A stretch of DNA of 64,000 nt from an uncultured Pseudomonadota bacterium (GCA_964388745.1 CAYMBP010000004.1:7430-71429), one strand, 5' to 3'; positions 36,554 to 47,047 are shown, counted from the stretch's first letter. Program-made: numbers and translations. The notes: generated from the sequence alone by a model not told the origin.

Positions 36554-38251
36554 ATGAATCTCTATGTCAAAAGCATAATTCAGTTCTTTTTATCTTTTAC
36601 AATGTTCGCTCATAGCCTTCTTCAAGCAAATAATCTATCTGTTCAGGTAGTGCAAAAATCTCAAAAAAAGAACCAGATCCCTTATCAAGCAAAGCTTTTT
36701 TTACTGTCTCAAGGGCTTGAAAGAGACGAAGATATAAGACAGATAGAGACAATTGATAAATATGCACCATTACCAATTTCTTCTTATCTTAAAAATGCTT
36801 CATTTGAAGGAAAGTATGAGCAAATAGCTCAAGTTCCCCTTGTCGTCAATGGGGAGATTATTAACCACATCTTTATTGGTTTAGGAAAGCCTGCAAAAAA
36901 TATAGATGACTCTTGTGAATATCTTAGGCGATCCATAGCCTCGGTTATGCCTCTTGTTAAAAATCTTAAAATAGCCCATCTACTGGTAGAAATTCCACGA
37001 TATCTTGAAGAAATTTGTAAGCGGACTTATGAGGAGTTAGTTCGAGAGTGCAGCTTAGCAACTCTCATGCATGATTATAGTTATGACGAATTTAGACAAT
37101 CAAAAAAAAATGATAACGATTTTCATCCAATTATTACATTTCTTATACCAGAGAATAAAGAGATGGAGTTTGTTGAAAAAGCATGCAAAGAAGCTAGTAT
37201 TATTGCAAGCTCATTAAATGAAGCTCGATGTTGGATGGATGGTCCAGCCAACAAGGTGACACCTACCTTCATGGCAGAGCAAGCAAAAAAAATTGCAGCA
37301 AGAAATGAGAATCTTGTTTGCCATATTCTTGAAGAATCTGATGCAAAAAATCTTGGGATGGGGGCTTTTCTTGCTGTAAGTAAAGGATCATCACAATCTG
37401 GAAAAATTGTTATTCTTGAATACAAAAGTGACAGCCCACATGCTCAAACAATTGCCCTATGTGGTAAAGGAATTACGTATGACACAGGAGGGGTTTCACT
37501 TAAAACTCCTGGAGCTATGCTTGGCATGAAGTATGACATGTGTGGTGGTGCGTCTGTTTTAGCGATTATGAATCTTGTTGCTCAATTTAAGCCACATTGC
37601 AATGTTATTGGCATTGTCCCATTTGCTGAAAATATGCCAGATGGCAATGCGTATCGTGAAGATGATATTTTAACAGCCATGAACGGCAAAACAATTGAAG
37701 TAATCACAACGGACGCAGAAGGTAGGCTTGTTTTAGCAGATGCTTTATGTTATGCAGAAAAGGTATATCATCCGGATATTATAATTGATATTGCTACACT
37801 AACAGGAGCTTGCCCTAATGCTGTTGGTCGTTTTTATACAGCCTTCATGACAAAAGACTCTGACCTCATGCAATTACTTCAATTCTATGGGTATAAAACA
37901 GGGGACCGCATGTGGCCACTTCCATTTCATGATGATTATAAAAAAGCTAATAAATCTGATATTGCCGATGTAAAGAATAAGGGATCTTATCAATATCAGG
38001 CTTATTGCATTGAGGCTGGAAAATTTCTTGAAAACTTTGTTGAAAATGCTCGGTGGGCACATCTTGATATTGCAGGATCTGGATGGAGTGCCCCTGGTAT
38101 TAATTATTTAGGTAATGGAGCAACTGGGGCGGGCATAAGAACTATTTTATATGTTATTATGAATTACAGCGCTCAAGCTCGCTTATATAAAGAAATCAAT
38201 GAATTTCATTACTCACAGGCAAAGGAGAAAGAAGCTGCTCTTGCGGCTTAA
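36554..38251 (+). CDS. pepA: M17 leucyl aminopeptidase with N-terminal signal-like segment, paralog 1
   Basis: 565 aa with GKGITYDTGGVSLK and TTDAEGRLVLADAL (variant of the NTDAEGRL signature). N-terminal IIQFFLSFTMFAHSLLQA. Confidence 0.9.
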   Translation: MNLYVKSIIQFFLSFTMFAHSLLQANNLSVQVVQKSQKKNQIPYQAKLFLLSQGLERDEDIRQIETIDKYAPLPISSYLKNASFEGKYEQIAQVPLVVNGEIINHIFIGLGKPAKNIDDSCEYLRRSIASVMPLVKNLKIAHLLVEIPRYLEEICKRTYEELVRECSLATLMHDYSYDEFRQSKKNDNDFHPIITFLIPENKEMEFVEKACKEASIIASSLNEARCWMDGPANKVTPTFMAEQAKKIAARNENLVCHILEESDAKNLGMGAFLAVSKGSSQSGKIVILEYKSDSPHAQTIALCGKGITYDTGGVSLKTPGAMLGMKYDMCGGASVLAIMNLVAQFKPHCNVIGIVPFAENMPDGNAYREDDILTAMNGKTIEVITTDAEGRLVLADALCYAEKVYHPDIIIDIATLTGACPNAVGRFYTAFMTKDSDLMQLLQFYGYKTGDRMWPLPFHDDYKKANKSDIADVKNKGSYQYQAYCIEAGKFLENFVENARWAHLDIAGSGWSAPGINYLGNGATGAGIRTILYVIMNYSAQARLYKEINEFHYSQAKEKEAALAA

Positions 38252-38327
38252 TATTATGGGGGTGCATCAATGTATCCCCATAAGCTCAAAATATAAAGTA
38301 CGGTTAATTTTTAGAAAGGACTAAGTT

Positions 38328-39971
38328 ATGAACAAGCATTTTTGCTTAATAGTTTTTCTATTTCTTTTTCCTGGAGTAATACCTTTTAGCAATGGCAAGG
38401 CTGCACCATTTAATGAAAATCATCTCTTCTTGGAAGTTAAAGAGTGTCAACAGCTCCCAGTTACTCACCATATTTCCTATGAAGCAAAGCTATTTTTAAT
38501 GAGTGAAGGATTTAAATATGCAGATGATGCTCAAACGATTGAAGAAATTAATGCATATTCTTCAACCCCGATAGAAGAATATTTTAAAATAAAGAACTTT
38601 GAAGGAAAATATGAGCAGGTAATCGAAATTCCTTTAAATGTTGATGGTAAGTTGATTGATCATATTTTTGTTGGGCTTGGAAAACCAAACACCTATCCTG
38701 ATACAGCATGTGAGTATTTTCGTCGATCATTTTCATCAGTTATTCCTCTTATGAAAAAAAACAAAATAATAGACCTTGCAACTTGTTTGCCAAAATTCTT
38801 AGAAAAATGGTGTAACCGATCATATGCAGATCTTATTTATGAAGCGGGCCTTGCAGCACTTCTCCACTATTATGATTATGATGACTATAAAAGCGAAAAA
38901 AATAGGCATAATGCTTCTATCACATTTTGTCTTTCTGAAGAAGATTTTGAGTATCAAAGAGAGGCTGAGCAATCTTCTATAATTGCAACAACAGTTGCGC
39001 ATTCAATGAACGCAGCAAGGAATTGGATGGATGGTCCAGCAAATTTAGTTACACCTTTATTTATGGCACAACAAGCTGAAATGATTGCGAAAAAACATGA
39101 TAACTTAACATATCGGGTTCTGAATGAAGAAAGTGCTACAAAGCTTGGAATGGGAGCTTTTATGGGTGTATCACAGGGCTCTTCAAATCCTGGCAATATT
39201 GTCATTCTTGAATATTATTGTGATGATGATGCACCAACAATTGGGTTATGTGGTAAAGGAATTACATATGATACTGGTGGCGTTTCACTCAAACCACCGA
39301 GTGCTATGCTTGGCATGAAATATGACATGTGCGGTGGCGCATCTGTTTTGGCTATTATGGACCTTGTTGCCCAGTTTAAACCACATTGTAATGTTATTGG
39401 CATAGCCCCATTTGCTGAAAATATGCCAGACGGTAAATCTTACCGAGAAGATGATATTTTAACAGCTATGAACGGAAAAACAATCGAAATTATTAACACA
39501 GATGCTGAAGGCCGATTAGCTCTAGCCGATGCATTATGCTACCTTGAACAAGAATATAGACCTGACGTAATTTTTACTATTGCAACACTAACAGGAGCAT
39601 GCTTACATGCAGTTGGTCATGAATACACAGCCTTTATGACTCAAGACACAGAGCTCTTGCAACTTCTACAACGATATGGAAATAGAACAGGAGATAAAAT
39701 GTGGCCACTGCCATTTCATGATGACTATATGAAAGCCAATCACTCAAGCGTTGCTGATGTTGCTAATGCTGGTTCAAAAAAATATCAAGCTGGCAGCATT
39801 GTTGCTGGAAAATTTCTTCAAAATTTTATTGAAAATGCACGCTGGGCACATCTTGATATAGCCGGTGCTGCATGGGGCTCAACTGATATAAATTACGTAG
39901 GACAAGGAGCAACAGGAGCGAGTATCAGAACGCTTATTCATGTAATTATGGATTTCAGTCAATATAATTAG
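38328..39971 (+). CDS. pepA: M17 leucyl aminopeptidase with N-terminal signal-like segment, paralog 2
   Basis: 547 aa with GKGITYDTGGVSLK and NTDAEGRLALADAL (exact M17 signature). N-terminal FCLIVFLFLFPGVIPFSNG. Collinear with paralog 1 over its whole length. Confidence 0.9.
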   Translation: MNKHFCLIVFLFLFPGVIPFSNGKAAPFNENHLFLEVKECQQLPVTHHISYEAKLFLMSEGFKYADDAQTIEEINAYSSTPIEEYFKIKNFEGKYEQVIEIPLNVDGKLIDHIFVGLGKPNTYPDTACEYFRRSFSSVIPLMKKNKIIDLATCLPKFLEKWCNRSYADLIYEAGLAALLHYYDYDDYKSEKNRHNASITFCLSEEDFEYQREAEQSSIIATTVAHSMNAARNWMDGPANLVTPLFMAQQAEMIAKKHDNLTYRVLNEESATKLGMGAFMGVSQGSSNPGNIVILEYYCDDDAPTIGLCGKGITYDTGGVSLKPPSAMLGMKYDMCGGASVLAIMDLVAQFKPHCNVIGIAPFAENMPDGKSYREDDILTAMNGKTIEIINTDAEGRLALADALCYLEQEYRPDVIFTIATLTGACLHAVGHEYTAFMTQDTELLQLLQRYGNRTGDKMWPLPFHDDYMKANHSSVADVANAGSKKYQAGSIVAGKFLQNFIENARWAHLDIAGAAWGSTDINYVGQGATGASIRTLIHVIMDFSQYN

Positions 39972-40025
39972 ACGAACTTCCTCTTTCTTCCACTCGGAAT
40001 TAGAAAAAAGCTACTCATGATAATA

Positions 40026-40057
40026 AGAGATAGGATCTATTGCAAGATCCTATCTCT
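40026..40057. terminator. hairpin between convergent genes (probable bidirectional terminator)
   Basis: 12-bp perfect stem AGAGATAGGATC (40026..40037) / GATCCTATCTCT (40046..40057). It lies between the stops at 39971 (+) and 40118 (-). Confidence 0.6.
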
Positions 40058-40117
40058 GCTTGATCGTTTTAGTTTTATTGCTTGTTATTTTAATGAGCTA
40101 AAAAACATCCACTTTTT

Positions 40118-41623
40118 TTAAAGGAAATCATCAGAACTCTGCGGAAAAAGCATGGTGCTCATCTGCTCAATGCGCAAGCGAATATCTCTAAAATTGGGAT
40201 TGCTATAATATTGTTCTGCAACATTTATTGCAATGATTAAGTTTTCTTGAGCTTGTGGAATATTGCCTCGATCAAGACTCTCTTGTGTAGCAGCTAGCTC
40301 ATTAATAACAATTGCCATCTGAAAAGAAACAAGAGGGCTCTCTATAAAAAGCATTTGGGTAATACCCTGAATTAGATGAAAATACCTTTCATAAGAATTA
40401 TTAAGTGAGTCAATAAATATAATGTTTTGTTCTCTTTTTTGTGCAATAAGAGAGACCCAGTGACCTGGAGTATTTGCAATAACACAGATCTGACTTGAAG
40501 CTTCGTCACGAAACTGTTGCATGCCTTGAGCATCTTCATCACTGAAGGCAAAAGCTGCTGATCGCTCAAAGGCATCCTGTTCAAGAATATAAATGTTGGC
40601 AAGTTTATTATCTGAACGAAATTGAAGAGCATTCTCATTAACACCAAGTACTTTTAAGTAAGGACGTACTTGCTCTATATTTTCACGTGACATTAATCTT
40701 TCAATTTCATCCCTTACTAAATGGTCAAAGGTTCCATTTGAACGATGTTGTTGTATATTGTTTTTCCATATATTAATAACTTCAGAAAAAGCTTCTGGGT
40801 GTTGGGCGGTGTTCTTTATCAACTCTCCAGAGGGGTCCGCTTGAATAAGAATACCATTTATTAAGGCAAAGTAACCACAATCTAGTCCTGACTGTGGTTG
40901 ACTGAAAATTTGTTGAACATTAAGCGCGATATTGTTCTCAAGATCATTTTTACTATTTATATTAATTACACCACAAGCAGCTACTCTACCTGTTCGAGAT
41001 GATGTCATATAACAATATCCTTTGTATGCAAAATAAGTTCCGATCCCTAAACCAATAACAGAGGGAACAATCGGAAACTCTATCATAAGCTCCTTGGGCC
41101 AATGCCATATATAATCAAAAAATGATTCCTTAAATCCCATATCTTTATAACAAAGAGGAAAGACTGTTGATTGCATAATTTCTATAAGGGTACGAAGGTA
41201 AATAATTGAAGGACTTGGTGAATAACTGTTAGATAACTCTTGAAGAATTTTTTTACATCTTTTTTCAAAAATTCTTATCTGGTGTGGTAGTGCTAGATGC
41301 TTCTTTTGATTTAATGAATAAAAAAGCTTGCCATATAAACGAATACCTTGATCTACATAAGGATTTTTTGATTTGCTAATGAGCAAATCCATTGAGTTAG
41401 TAAGCTCTAAACCTTGATCAAGTAGTGCTATATCTCTATTATAATCTTCATCTTCATATTCTTTTTTTAAATGTTTTTCCAAATAAATTGAAGCCCTGAG
41501 CTCAGAAAACATTTTTTTTAAAGAAAGGGTTGCAAGATCAAAAGTAGGTGTCGCACTTATAATTGTGACAGATAACAACGAAACAACAAACATTGTCACA
41601 AAAATTATTTTTATTGATTTCAT
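40118..41623 (-). CDS. secreted/membrane papain-fold cysteine protease-like protein, Josephin-like motif order
   Basis: 501 aa with an N-terminal signal-like segment and one internal TM. Has QSGLDCGYFALINGIL (Gln at -5, then Cys). About 139 residues later comes GHWVSLIAQKREQNIIFIDSLNN, comparable to the ataxin-3 Josephin motifs QEGSLCAQHCLNN and HWFTVRKLGKQWFNLNSL. Confidence 0.45.
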   Translation of the reverse strand: MKSIKIIFVTMFVVSLLSVTIISATPTFDLATLSLKKMFSELRASIYLEKHLKKEYEDEDYNRDIALLDQGLELTNSMDLLISKSKNPYVDQGIRLYGKLFYSLNQKKHLALPHQIRIFEKRCKKILQELSNSYSPSPSIIYLRTLIEIMQSTVFPLCYKDMGFKESFFDYIWHWPKELMIEFPIVPSVIGLGIGTYFAYKGYCYMTSSRTGRVAACGVININSKNDLENNIALNVQQIFSQPQSGLDCGYFALINGILIQADPSGELIKNTAQHPEAFSEVINIWKNNIQQHRSNGTFDHLVRDEIERLMSRENIEQVRPYLKVLGVNENALQFRSDNKLANIYILEQDAFERSAAFAFSDEDAQGMQQFRDEASSQICVIANTPGHWVSLIAQKREQNIIFIDSLNNSYERYFHLIQGITQMLFIESPLVSFQMAIVINELAATQESLDRGNIPQAQENLIIAINVAEQYYSNPNFRDIRLRIEQMSTMLFPQSSDDFL

Positions 41624-41732
41624 AGATTCTTCCTGTTATGTAAAATAGTAGAAACAGATAAAGTATAGCTTTTTTTGCAACACCATTCAAACATAGACAA
41701 ATATTAAATATTTAAAAAAAGATCATTATTTT

Positions 41733-42305
41733 ATGAAAAAATTATTTGTTATATCTGCCCCATCTGGAGCCGGGAAGACTTCTCTTGTTCAAGCTCTTTT
41801 AGACAAGTACGCTAACGACTATGCTCTATCTCGTGTTGTTACTTATACAACCCGAGCGCCACGGCTTAATGAAAGAGATGGGATTGATTATCATTTTATT
41901 AGTAAAGACAGATTTAAAAACCGTATCAAAGAAAATTTTTTTATTGAAATCACAGAGTATAATCAATCATTATATGGAACAGCACGAAAGAGTCTTGAAG
42001 TAAAAAATTCAACGCATCATAAAATTGCCATTCTTGACCGAAACGGTGCATCTACACTTAAAGAAGAATATCCCAAGGCAGTATTAATTTGGATTTATCC
42101 GCCAAGCATTAATGAATTGCAAAAGAGACTTCTTTTGCGAAAAAGTGAAAATACTAATGAAATTAATAAGAGAATAGCTATTGCTCAACAAGAAATCCAA
42201 AAAGAAAAAAATCAACCTATTTATAATCATCATATAAAAAATGACTTCTTTGACGTCGCCCTCAAAGAATTAGTAACAATTATAAAAAAGCATATTAATT
42301 CTTAA
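41733..42305 (+). CDS. gmk: guanylate kinase
   Basis: 190 aa with the P-loop ISAPSGAGKTSLVQAL and TTRAPRLNERDGIDYHFIS. Confidence 0.9.
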   Translation: MKKLFVISAPSGAGKTSLVQALLDKYANDYALSRVVTYTTRAPRLNERDGIDYHFISKDRFKNRIKENFFIEITEYNQSLYGTARKSLEVKNSTHHKIAILDRNGASTLKEEYPKAVLIWIYPPSINELQKRLLLRKSENTNEINKRIAIAQQEIQKEKNQPIYNHHIKNDFFDVALKELVTIIKKHINS

Positions 42306-42309
42306 TGTA

Positions 42310-43218
42310 TTAGCTCTCTTTGTAAAAAACAAATAGTCCTGTTGTTACACAGACTAAACAAAAGAGATGATGCCAAGTAATAACGCCATCCATTAAAAGC
42401 CATTCAAAAATAGTAGAAAAAACAGGACACAAGAATCCACTTAGTGAAACAAAGGTAATAGAATATCGCTTGATAAGAAACGCATACAAATTATAAAATA
42501 TGACATTTGAGAGCAAGATAAGTAACGTAAGCCAACCAACAAAAGGAGCGACTGCTGTTACAGGCGTTGCTTGCACTCCGTCAACAAATAAAAATGTTAC
42601 ACCGCACATAACCCCCCCAAGTAACATGGCAACTCCGTTAACAAAAACAATGCTGTAATTTTTTTCAGAAAGTTTTTTTACGTGAAACCAAGCATAAGCA
42701 GCAGATAACATTGCACAAGCAAGCGCTGCCTCTGGGATTGAAATACCGAATAAAGAAAAGGCTGGGGCAACACCTGAAAGAAGTGTTTCTCCTGTCTCAG
42801 CAAGTGCTTGTGATGCTAGTAAAGGGGCAAGTCCAATAACACCAAGAAGAATTCCTGTAATATTGTATAAAGTAAGCCGCTCATTAAGAACAAGATACGA
42901 AAGAAACGCCGTTGCAAATGGAGTTGCTGAATAAATTAGAACTGTTTTAAGTGCAGATACATATTGTAAGGCCCAAAACTCTAATACAAAAACAACATAA
43001 ATATGTAAAAAAGCAACAGTGAGAAAAGGCCACCAGTCTTTAAGTGCTCGTGAAAAATTATTCCGATCTCCAGTAACCCATTGATATCCTAAAAGAGCTC
43101 CACCAGAAATTATCATTCGAACAGTAAGAAGAAAAAGAGGTGTTGAATAAAAAATAGTATTTTTAGCAGCAACAAAGGAGAGAGCTAAAATCATATACAT
43201 GAAAATAATAAGAATCAT
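42310..43218 (-). CDS. EamA/DMT-superfamily transporter
   Basis: 302 aa with about 10 predicted TM helices in two similar halves, the typical drug/metabolite transporter architecture. Confidence 0.6.
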   Translation of the reverse strand: MILIIFMYMILALSFVAAKNTIFYSTPLFLLTVRMIISGGALLGYQWVTGDRNNFSRALKDWWPFLTVAFLHIYVVFVLEFWALQYVSALKTVLIYSATPFATAFLSYLVLNERLTLYNITGILLGVIGLAPLLASQALAETGETLLSGVAPAFSLFGISIPEAALACAMLSAAYAWFHVKKLSEKNYSIVFVNGVAMLLGGVMCGVTFLFVDGVQATPVTAVAPFVGWLTLLILLSNVIFYNLYAFLIKRYSITFVSLSGFLCPVFSTIFEWLLMDGVITWHHLFCLVCVTTGLFVFYKES

Positions 43219-43235
43219 AGATGCTCCTTAATGAT

Positions 43236-44270
43236 CTATTGTTTATTATAATATAGTAATAGCAAAGTGACTGTTATAATAATTAGTGGGCCATACAATA
43301 TAGCCACACTTGCTACAGGATTCTGAACAAGTGCTTGCGCACACAAGCTACATGCGTAAGATATAAAAAATAATATTCCACTTGAAGAGAATGTAATTAA
43401 AAACCCTCTTCCCTTGCTTAAACCCCATAAAAATGTGAAAAAGAATCCTAAAAATGGAAGCATTAAAAGCCAAATAGATTGCGATATGCGCTTGTTATAT
43501 TCTAACATGACCTCCATTTTTTTACAATTTTCACCATAAAGCTCAACAATATTCATTGACCTTATAGCTTTAGTAGTACTTTTTTGCAATGGTGTGACAA
43601 ATTGCTTAAGATCAATAATAATTGTATCAAATACTCCTTTTTTATGACTATTCTGATTAGAGAATGATCCATTAAAAAGAGTAATGCTCTGATCTTTTAA
43701 AGAGCCTGTAGTTGCTACAAAAACAAATATATCTTGTTGATTTTTAAAGGGAAGTGTAAAAAATAAACGTTCAAAATGTATACTTTGATCAATAATCTTT
43801 TTCTTCGCAAACCATAACGAAACACCATCTGTTAACTTATGCATTACACCTGGCTCAAACTGCTCAATCTGTTTTGTTGCAATATCAACAAGAAGTACTC
43901 GCAAATGATTTTGGCTGGAAGGAATAATAAAGAAAATAAGAGGTATAAATAAAGTAGTAAGTGATAATGAGAAAAGAAAAAGAGCTACAAAAAATGATTT
44001 CCTTAAACGATGAAAAAAATAAAAAATGAGCAAATCTGTACGTACAAAAATATCAATACAGACCAACTGAACAGCACTGCAAGCAGCAAGAGGGATAATA
44101 TACCCTGATAATGTAATAAACATTGATGCTAACAGTGCCGGTAAAAGAGCAATCGAAAAAATAAAAGATAGTCGTGTTAACAATGTTGTTACAATTAATA
44201 AAAAAGAAAAAATGGTACAACAAAAAACAAATTTTTTATAAAATCGAAAGAGAAAAAAAGAGATGATCAT
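43236..44270 (-). CDS. LptF/LptG (YjgP/YjgQ)-family permease-like protein
   Basis: 344 aa: N-terminal TMs, a ~130-aa soluble middle domain, then three C-terminal TMs. LEYNKRISQSIWLLMLPFLGF resembles the family E.h.R...P motif. Confidence 0.5.
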   Translation of the reverse strand: MIISFFLFRFYKKFVFCCTIFSFLLIVTTLLTRLSFIFSIALLPALLASMFITLSGYIIPLAACSAVQLVCIDIFVRTDLLIFYFFHRLRKSFFVALFLFSLSLTTLFIPLIFFIIPSSQNHLRVLLVDIATKQIEQFEPGVMHKLTDGVSLWFAKKKIIDQSIHFERLFFTLPFKNQQDIFVFVATTGSLKDQSITLFNGSFSNQNSHKKGVFDTIIIDLKQFVTPLQKSTTKAIRSMNIVELYGENCKKMEVMLEYNKRISQSIWLLMLPFLGFFFTFLWGLSKGRGFLITFSSSGILFFISYACSLCAQALVQNPVASVAILYGPLIIITVTLLLLYYNKQ

Positions 44271-44279
44271 TAATAACAG

Positions 44280-45101
44280 CTACGTCACAGACATATCAGG
44301 ATCAATATGTCGAATGCGCTCAATATGCAAAGCCTTACCTGTTTTTGCATCAACATCAACAACAATGCCTGAAAGTACAAATGGTGGCTCATGAGAAACA
44401 ACAAATCTTCCCATTTTAGGGTGGTACAAAAAGCGACTTATAACCCCCTCTTTTTGAAATCCAATAACTGAATGAACAGAGCAAGAAGCCCCAAGGTCTG
44501 TAATATAACCAGTTCCCTTTGGTAAAATACGCTCATCTGCAGTTTGTACATGAGTATGCGTTCCCACCAAGCAAGATACTTTACCATCAACAAAAAGCCC
44601 CATAGCATTTTTTTCAGATGTTGCCTCAGCATGAAAGTCAACAAGAATGATAGGAGTTTTTGACTTAAGCATTAAAATTAACGATTCAATCGTGCGAAAT
44701 GGACAATCAAGCGAATCTCGCACAAAAACACGACCATGTAAGTTAACAATCGCAACTAAATGATTACTCGCAGTAGAAAAAAGAGAATATCCTTTTCCCT
44801 GACAACCAGATGGATAATTTGCTGGTCGAATAAAGTCATCACGACTTTCAAAACTGTTAAAAACCTCCTTATTGTCCCAAGCATGATTGCCGGTGGTGAT
44901 TACATCAGCACCGGCATCTTTCAACGTTGTTATAATTTTAGGAGAAATTCCTCGACCATCTTTTGCAGCATTTTCTCCATTCACCACAAGTACATCAGCT
45001 TTATACTGCTTTTTAAGCTGCATACCCCATTTTTTAAAAAGTTGTTGACCGGGCAATCCAACAAGATCCCCAATAATCATGATGCGCACTGATGTACTCA
45101 T
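44280..45101 (-). CDS. ymdB: YmdB-like metallophosphoesterase (2',3'-cyclic-nucleotide phosphodiesterase family)
   Basis: 273 aa with IMIIGDLVG, VVNGENAAKDGRGI and TTGNHAWD. Lies immediately downstream of rny, as in Bacillus. Confidence 0.8.
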   Translation of the reverse strand: MSTSVRIMIIGDLVGLPGQQLFKKWGMQLKKQYKADVLVVNGENAAKDGRGISPKIITTLKDAGADVITTGNHAWDNKEVFNSFESRDDFIRPANYPSGCQGKGYSLFSTASNHLVAIVNLHGRVFVRDSLDCPFRTIESLILMLKSKTPIILVDFHAEATSEKNAMGLFVDGKVSCLVGTHTHVQTADERILPKGTGYITDLGASCSVHSVIGFQKEGVISRFLYHPKMGRFVVSHEPPFVLSGIVVDVDAKTGKALHIERIRHIDPDMSVT

Positions 45102-45113
45102 AGATAATTCCTT

Positions 45114-46673
45114 TTACCGAGCTGCTTGAATAAAACGTTTTTCTCGAATAACATTAACTTTAATTTCACCAGGAAAGGCCATCTCTTTTTCAATACGAGC
45201 AGCTATGTCTCGAGCAAGAAGTCCTGCACGAGAGTCATCAAGTCGATCTTCGTCTACAATAACACGAATCTCACGTCCAGCTTGCAAAGCATAAGCTTTT
45301 TTGACCCCTTCAAAGCCTTGAGATATTTCTTCTAACTGTTCAAGTCGTTTGATATAAGTTGACAAGGTTTCTTTACGAGCCCCAGGGCGAGAAGCTGAAA
45401 TTGCATCTGCAATATGAACAATAAACCCATATATTGAGATAGGAGGAACTTCTTCATGGTGAGCAGCTATAGCGTTAACAGTGATAGGGTCTTCACCATA
45501 TTCTTTTGCAAGGTTTCCTCCAATAATTGCATGAGGACCCTCAACTTCTGCTGAAATAGCTTTACCAATATCATGAAGCAAACCACCACGTGCTGCAAGG
45601 TCGCCATCTAATTTCATTTCAGAAGCAATCATGCGAGCAAAGTAGGCAACCTCTTTGCTGTGAACCAAATTATTTTGTGTATAACTTGTTCTAAAATGTA
45701 ATTTACCAAGAAGCTTTACAATCTCTTGATGCACTCCTTGAAAACCAAATTCAAGAATAGTTTGATGACCAATATCAGTAATAGTTGCATCTAGGTCAAC
45801 TTCAACCTTTTGAACAGTCTCTTCAATTCTTGTTGGATTAATTCGGCCATCTTGAATAAGTTTATTTAAAGAACGTTTTGCAACTTCGCGTCGAATCGGA
45901 TTGAAACCAGAGATTGTAATGATTTCAGGAGTATCTCCAATAACAAACTCCATTCCTGTTGCAAGCTCTAAAGCTTTTATATTGCGGCCCTCTTTTCCTA
46001 TAATTCTTCCCTTCATTTCTTCATTAGGAAGAGTAACAACACTTGATGAATGAAGTGTTACTTGCTCAGTAAGATACCGCTGCATTGCCGTTGCAAGTAT
46101 CGCCCCAGATTTTTGCTTAGCAGTCTCACGCGCTTCGTGCTCAATTTTAGCAATTAGTTTTTGATTAGCAAGCTTAACCTCTTTTTCAAGTGATTCAAAA
46201 AGAACACGCTTTGCTTCATCTTGCTTCATAACGCTAACTCGCTCAAGCTTTGCTACAAGTTCACTGTATAATCGCTTTATTTTTGCTTCATTAGCATTGA
46301 GATCATCAAGACGTGAAAGTAAATCACGCTCTTTTTTTTGAAGATCTTTGCGCATATCATCAAGCATATCTTCTCGATGAGCAACAGCATCTTCTCTTTT
46401 TTGATACTTTGTCTGTAGCTGCTGCATTTCAACACGCGTTTTTTTTACTTCAATTTCAAATTCACTTCGTCGACGATAAATTTCATTTTTTAAATCAAGA
46501 AGCGCTTCTTTTCTTTCACGATCTATATCTTCTCGTGTTTTTTTAAGCAACTGATCAGCAGTTGTTTGCGTCTTTAAAAGACTTCTTTTTTTTAAGAAAA
46601 TATAGAGTAATATCCCAATACTTCCAGCAACAATACCCGTTAAGAAGCATAAAGATTGGTACAACATATTCAT
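45114..46673 (-). CDS. rny: ribonuclease Y
   Basis: 519 aa: N-terminal TM, coiled coil, KH motif GRIIGKEGRNIKALE and HD motif GLLHDIGKA. Confidence 0.9.
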   Translation of the reverse strand: MNMLYQSLCFLTGIVAGSIGILLYIFLKKRSLLKTQTTADQLLKKTREDIDRERKEALLDLKNEIYRRRSEFEIEVKKTRVEMQQLQTKYQKREDAVAHREDMLDDMRKDLQKKERDLLSRLDDLNANEAKIKRLYSELVAKLERVSVMKQDEAKRVLFESLEKEVKLANQKLIAKIEHEARETAKQKSGAILATAMQRYLTEQVTLHSSSVVTLPNEEMKGRIIGKEGRNIKALELATGMEFVIGDTPEIITISGFNPIRREVAKRSLNKLIQDGRINPTRIEETVQKVEVDLDATITDIGHQTILEFGFQGVHQEIVKLLGKLHFRTSYTQNNLVHSKEVAYFARMIASEMKLDGDLAARGGLLHDIGKAISAEVEGPHAIIGGNLAKEYGEDPITVNAIAAHHEEVPPISIYGFIVHIADAISASRPGARKETLSTYIKRLEQLEEISQGFEGVKKAYALQAGREIRVIVDEDRLDDSRAGLLARDIAARIEKEMAFPGEIKVNVIREKRFIQAAR

Positions 46674-46781
46674 GCCAAATACTCTTTCTAGTTAATATTA
46701 CAAATAAACAAGGAAAATTTTGGCATGAAAATGTTAAGGATGATCCTCCAAGAAGAGAAGATACTTTCAATTGTACTCAGA

Positions 46782-47036
46782 CTATGAAGCGTCTGCTATA
46801 TGAAGAAGCTGCTTTATTCGAGCAGCACAATTATCAAGTTGTTTATTTGCTTTTTCAAGCTCAATAGCCAGCTCAAGAGCCGTGATGATAGCGAGCTCTC
46901 CTTGTGAGAGAGCATCTTTATCTTTTACCAAATCATCGATACGCTCAATAGCCTTACATACTAAATCCTCTTGCTCATCAGTTACAAGAGAATATTGTTT
47001 GTTAAAAATTGAAATTTTTAGCTTATTTTGCATCAT
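46782..47036 (-). CDS. zapA: cell division protein ZapA-like
   Basis: 84 aa. KISIFNKQYSLVTDEQEDLVCKAIERIDDLV followed by a helical tail, which is the ZapA-like pattern. Confidence 0.55.
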   Translation of the reverse strand: MMQNKLKISIFNKQYSLVTDEQEDLVCKAIERIDDLVKDKDALSQGELAIITALELAIELEKANKQLDNCAARIKQLLHIADAS

Positions 47037-47047
47037 GCATCGTTTAT

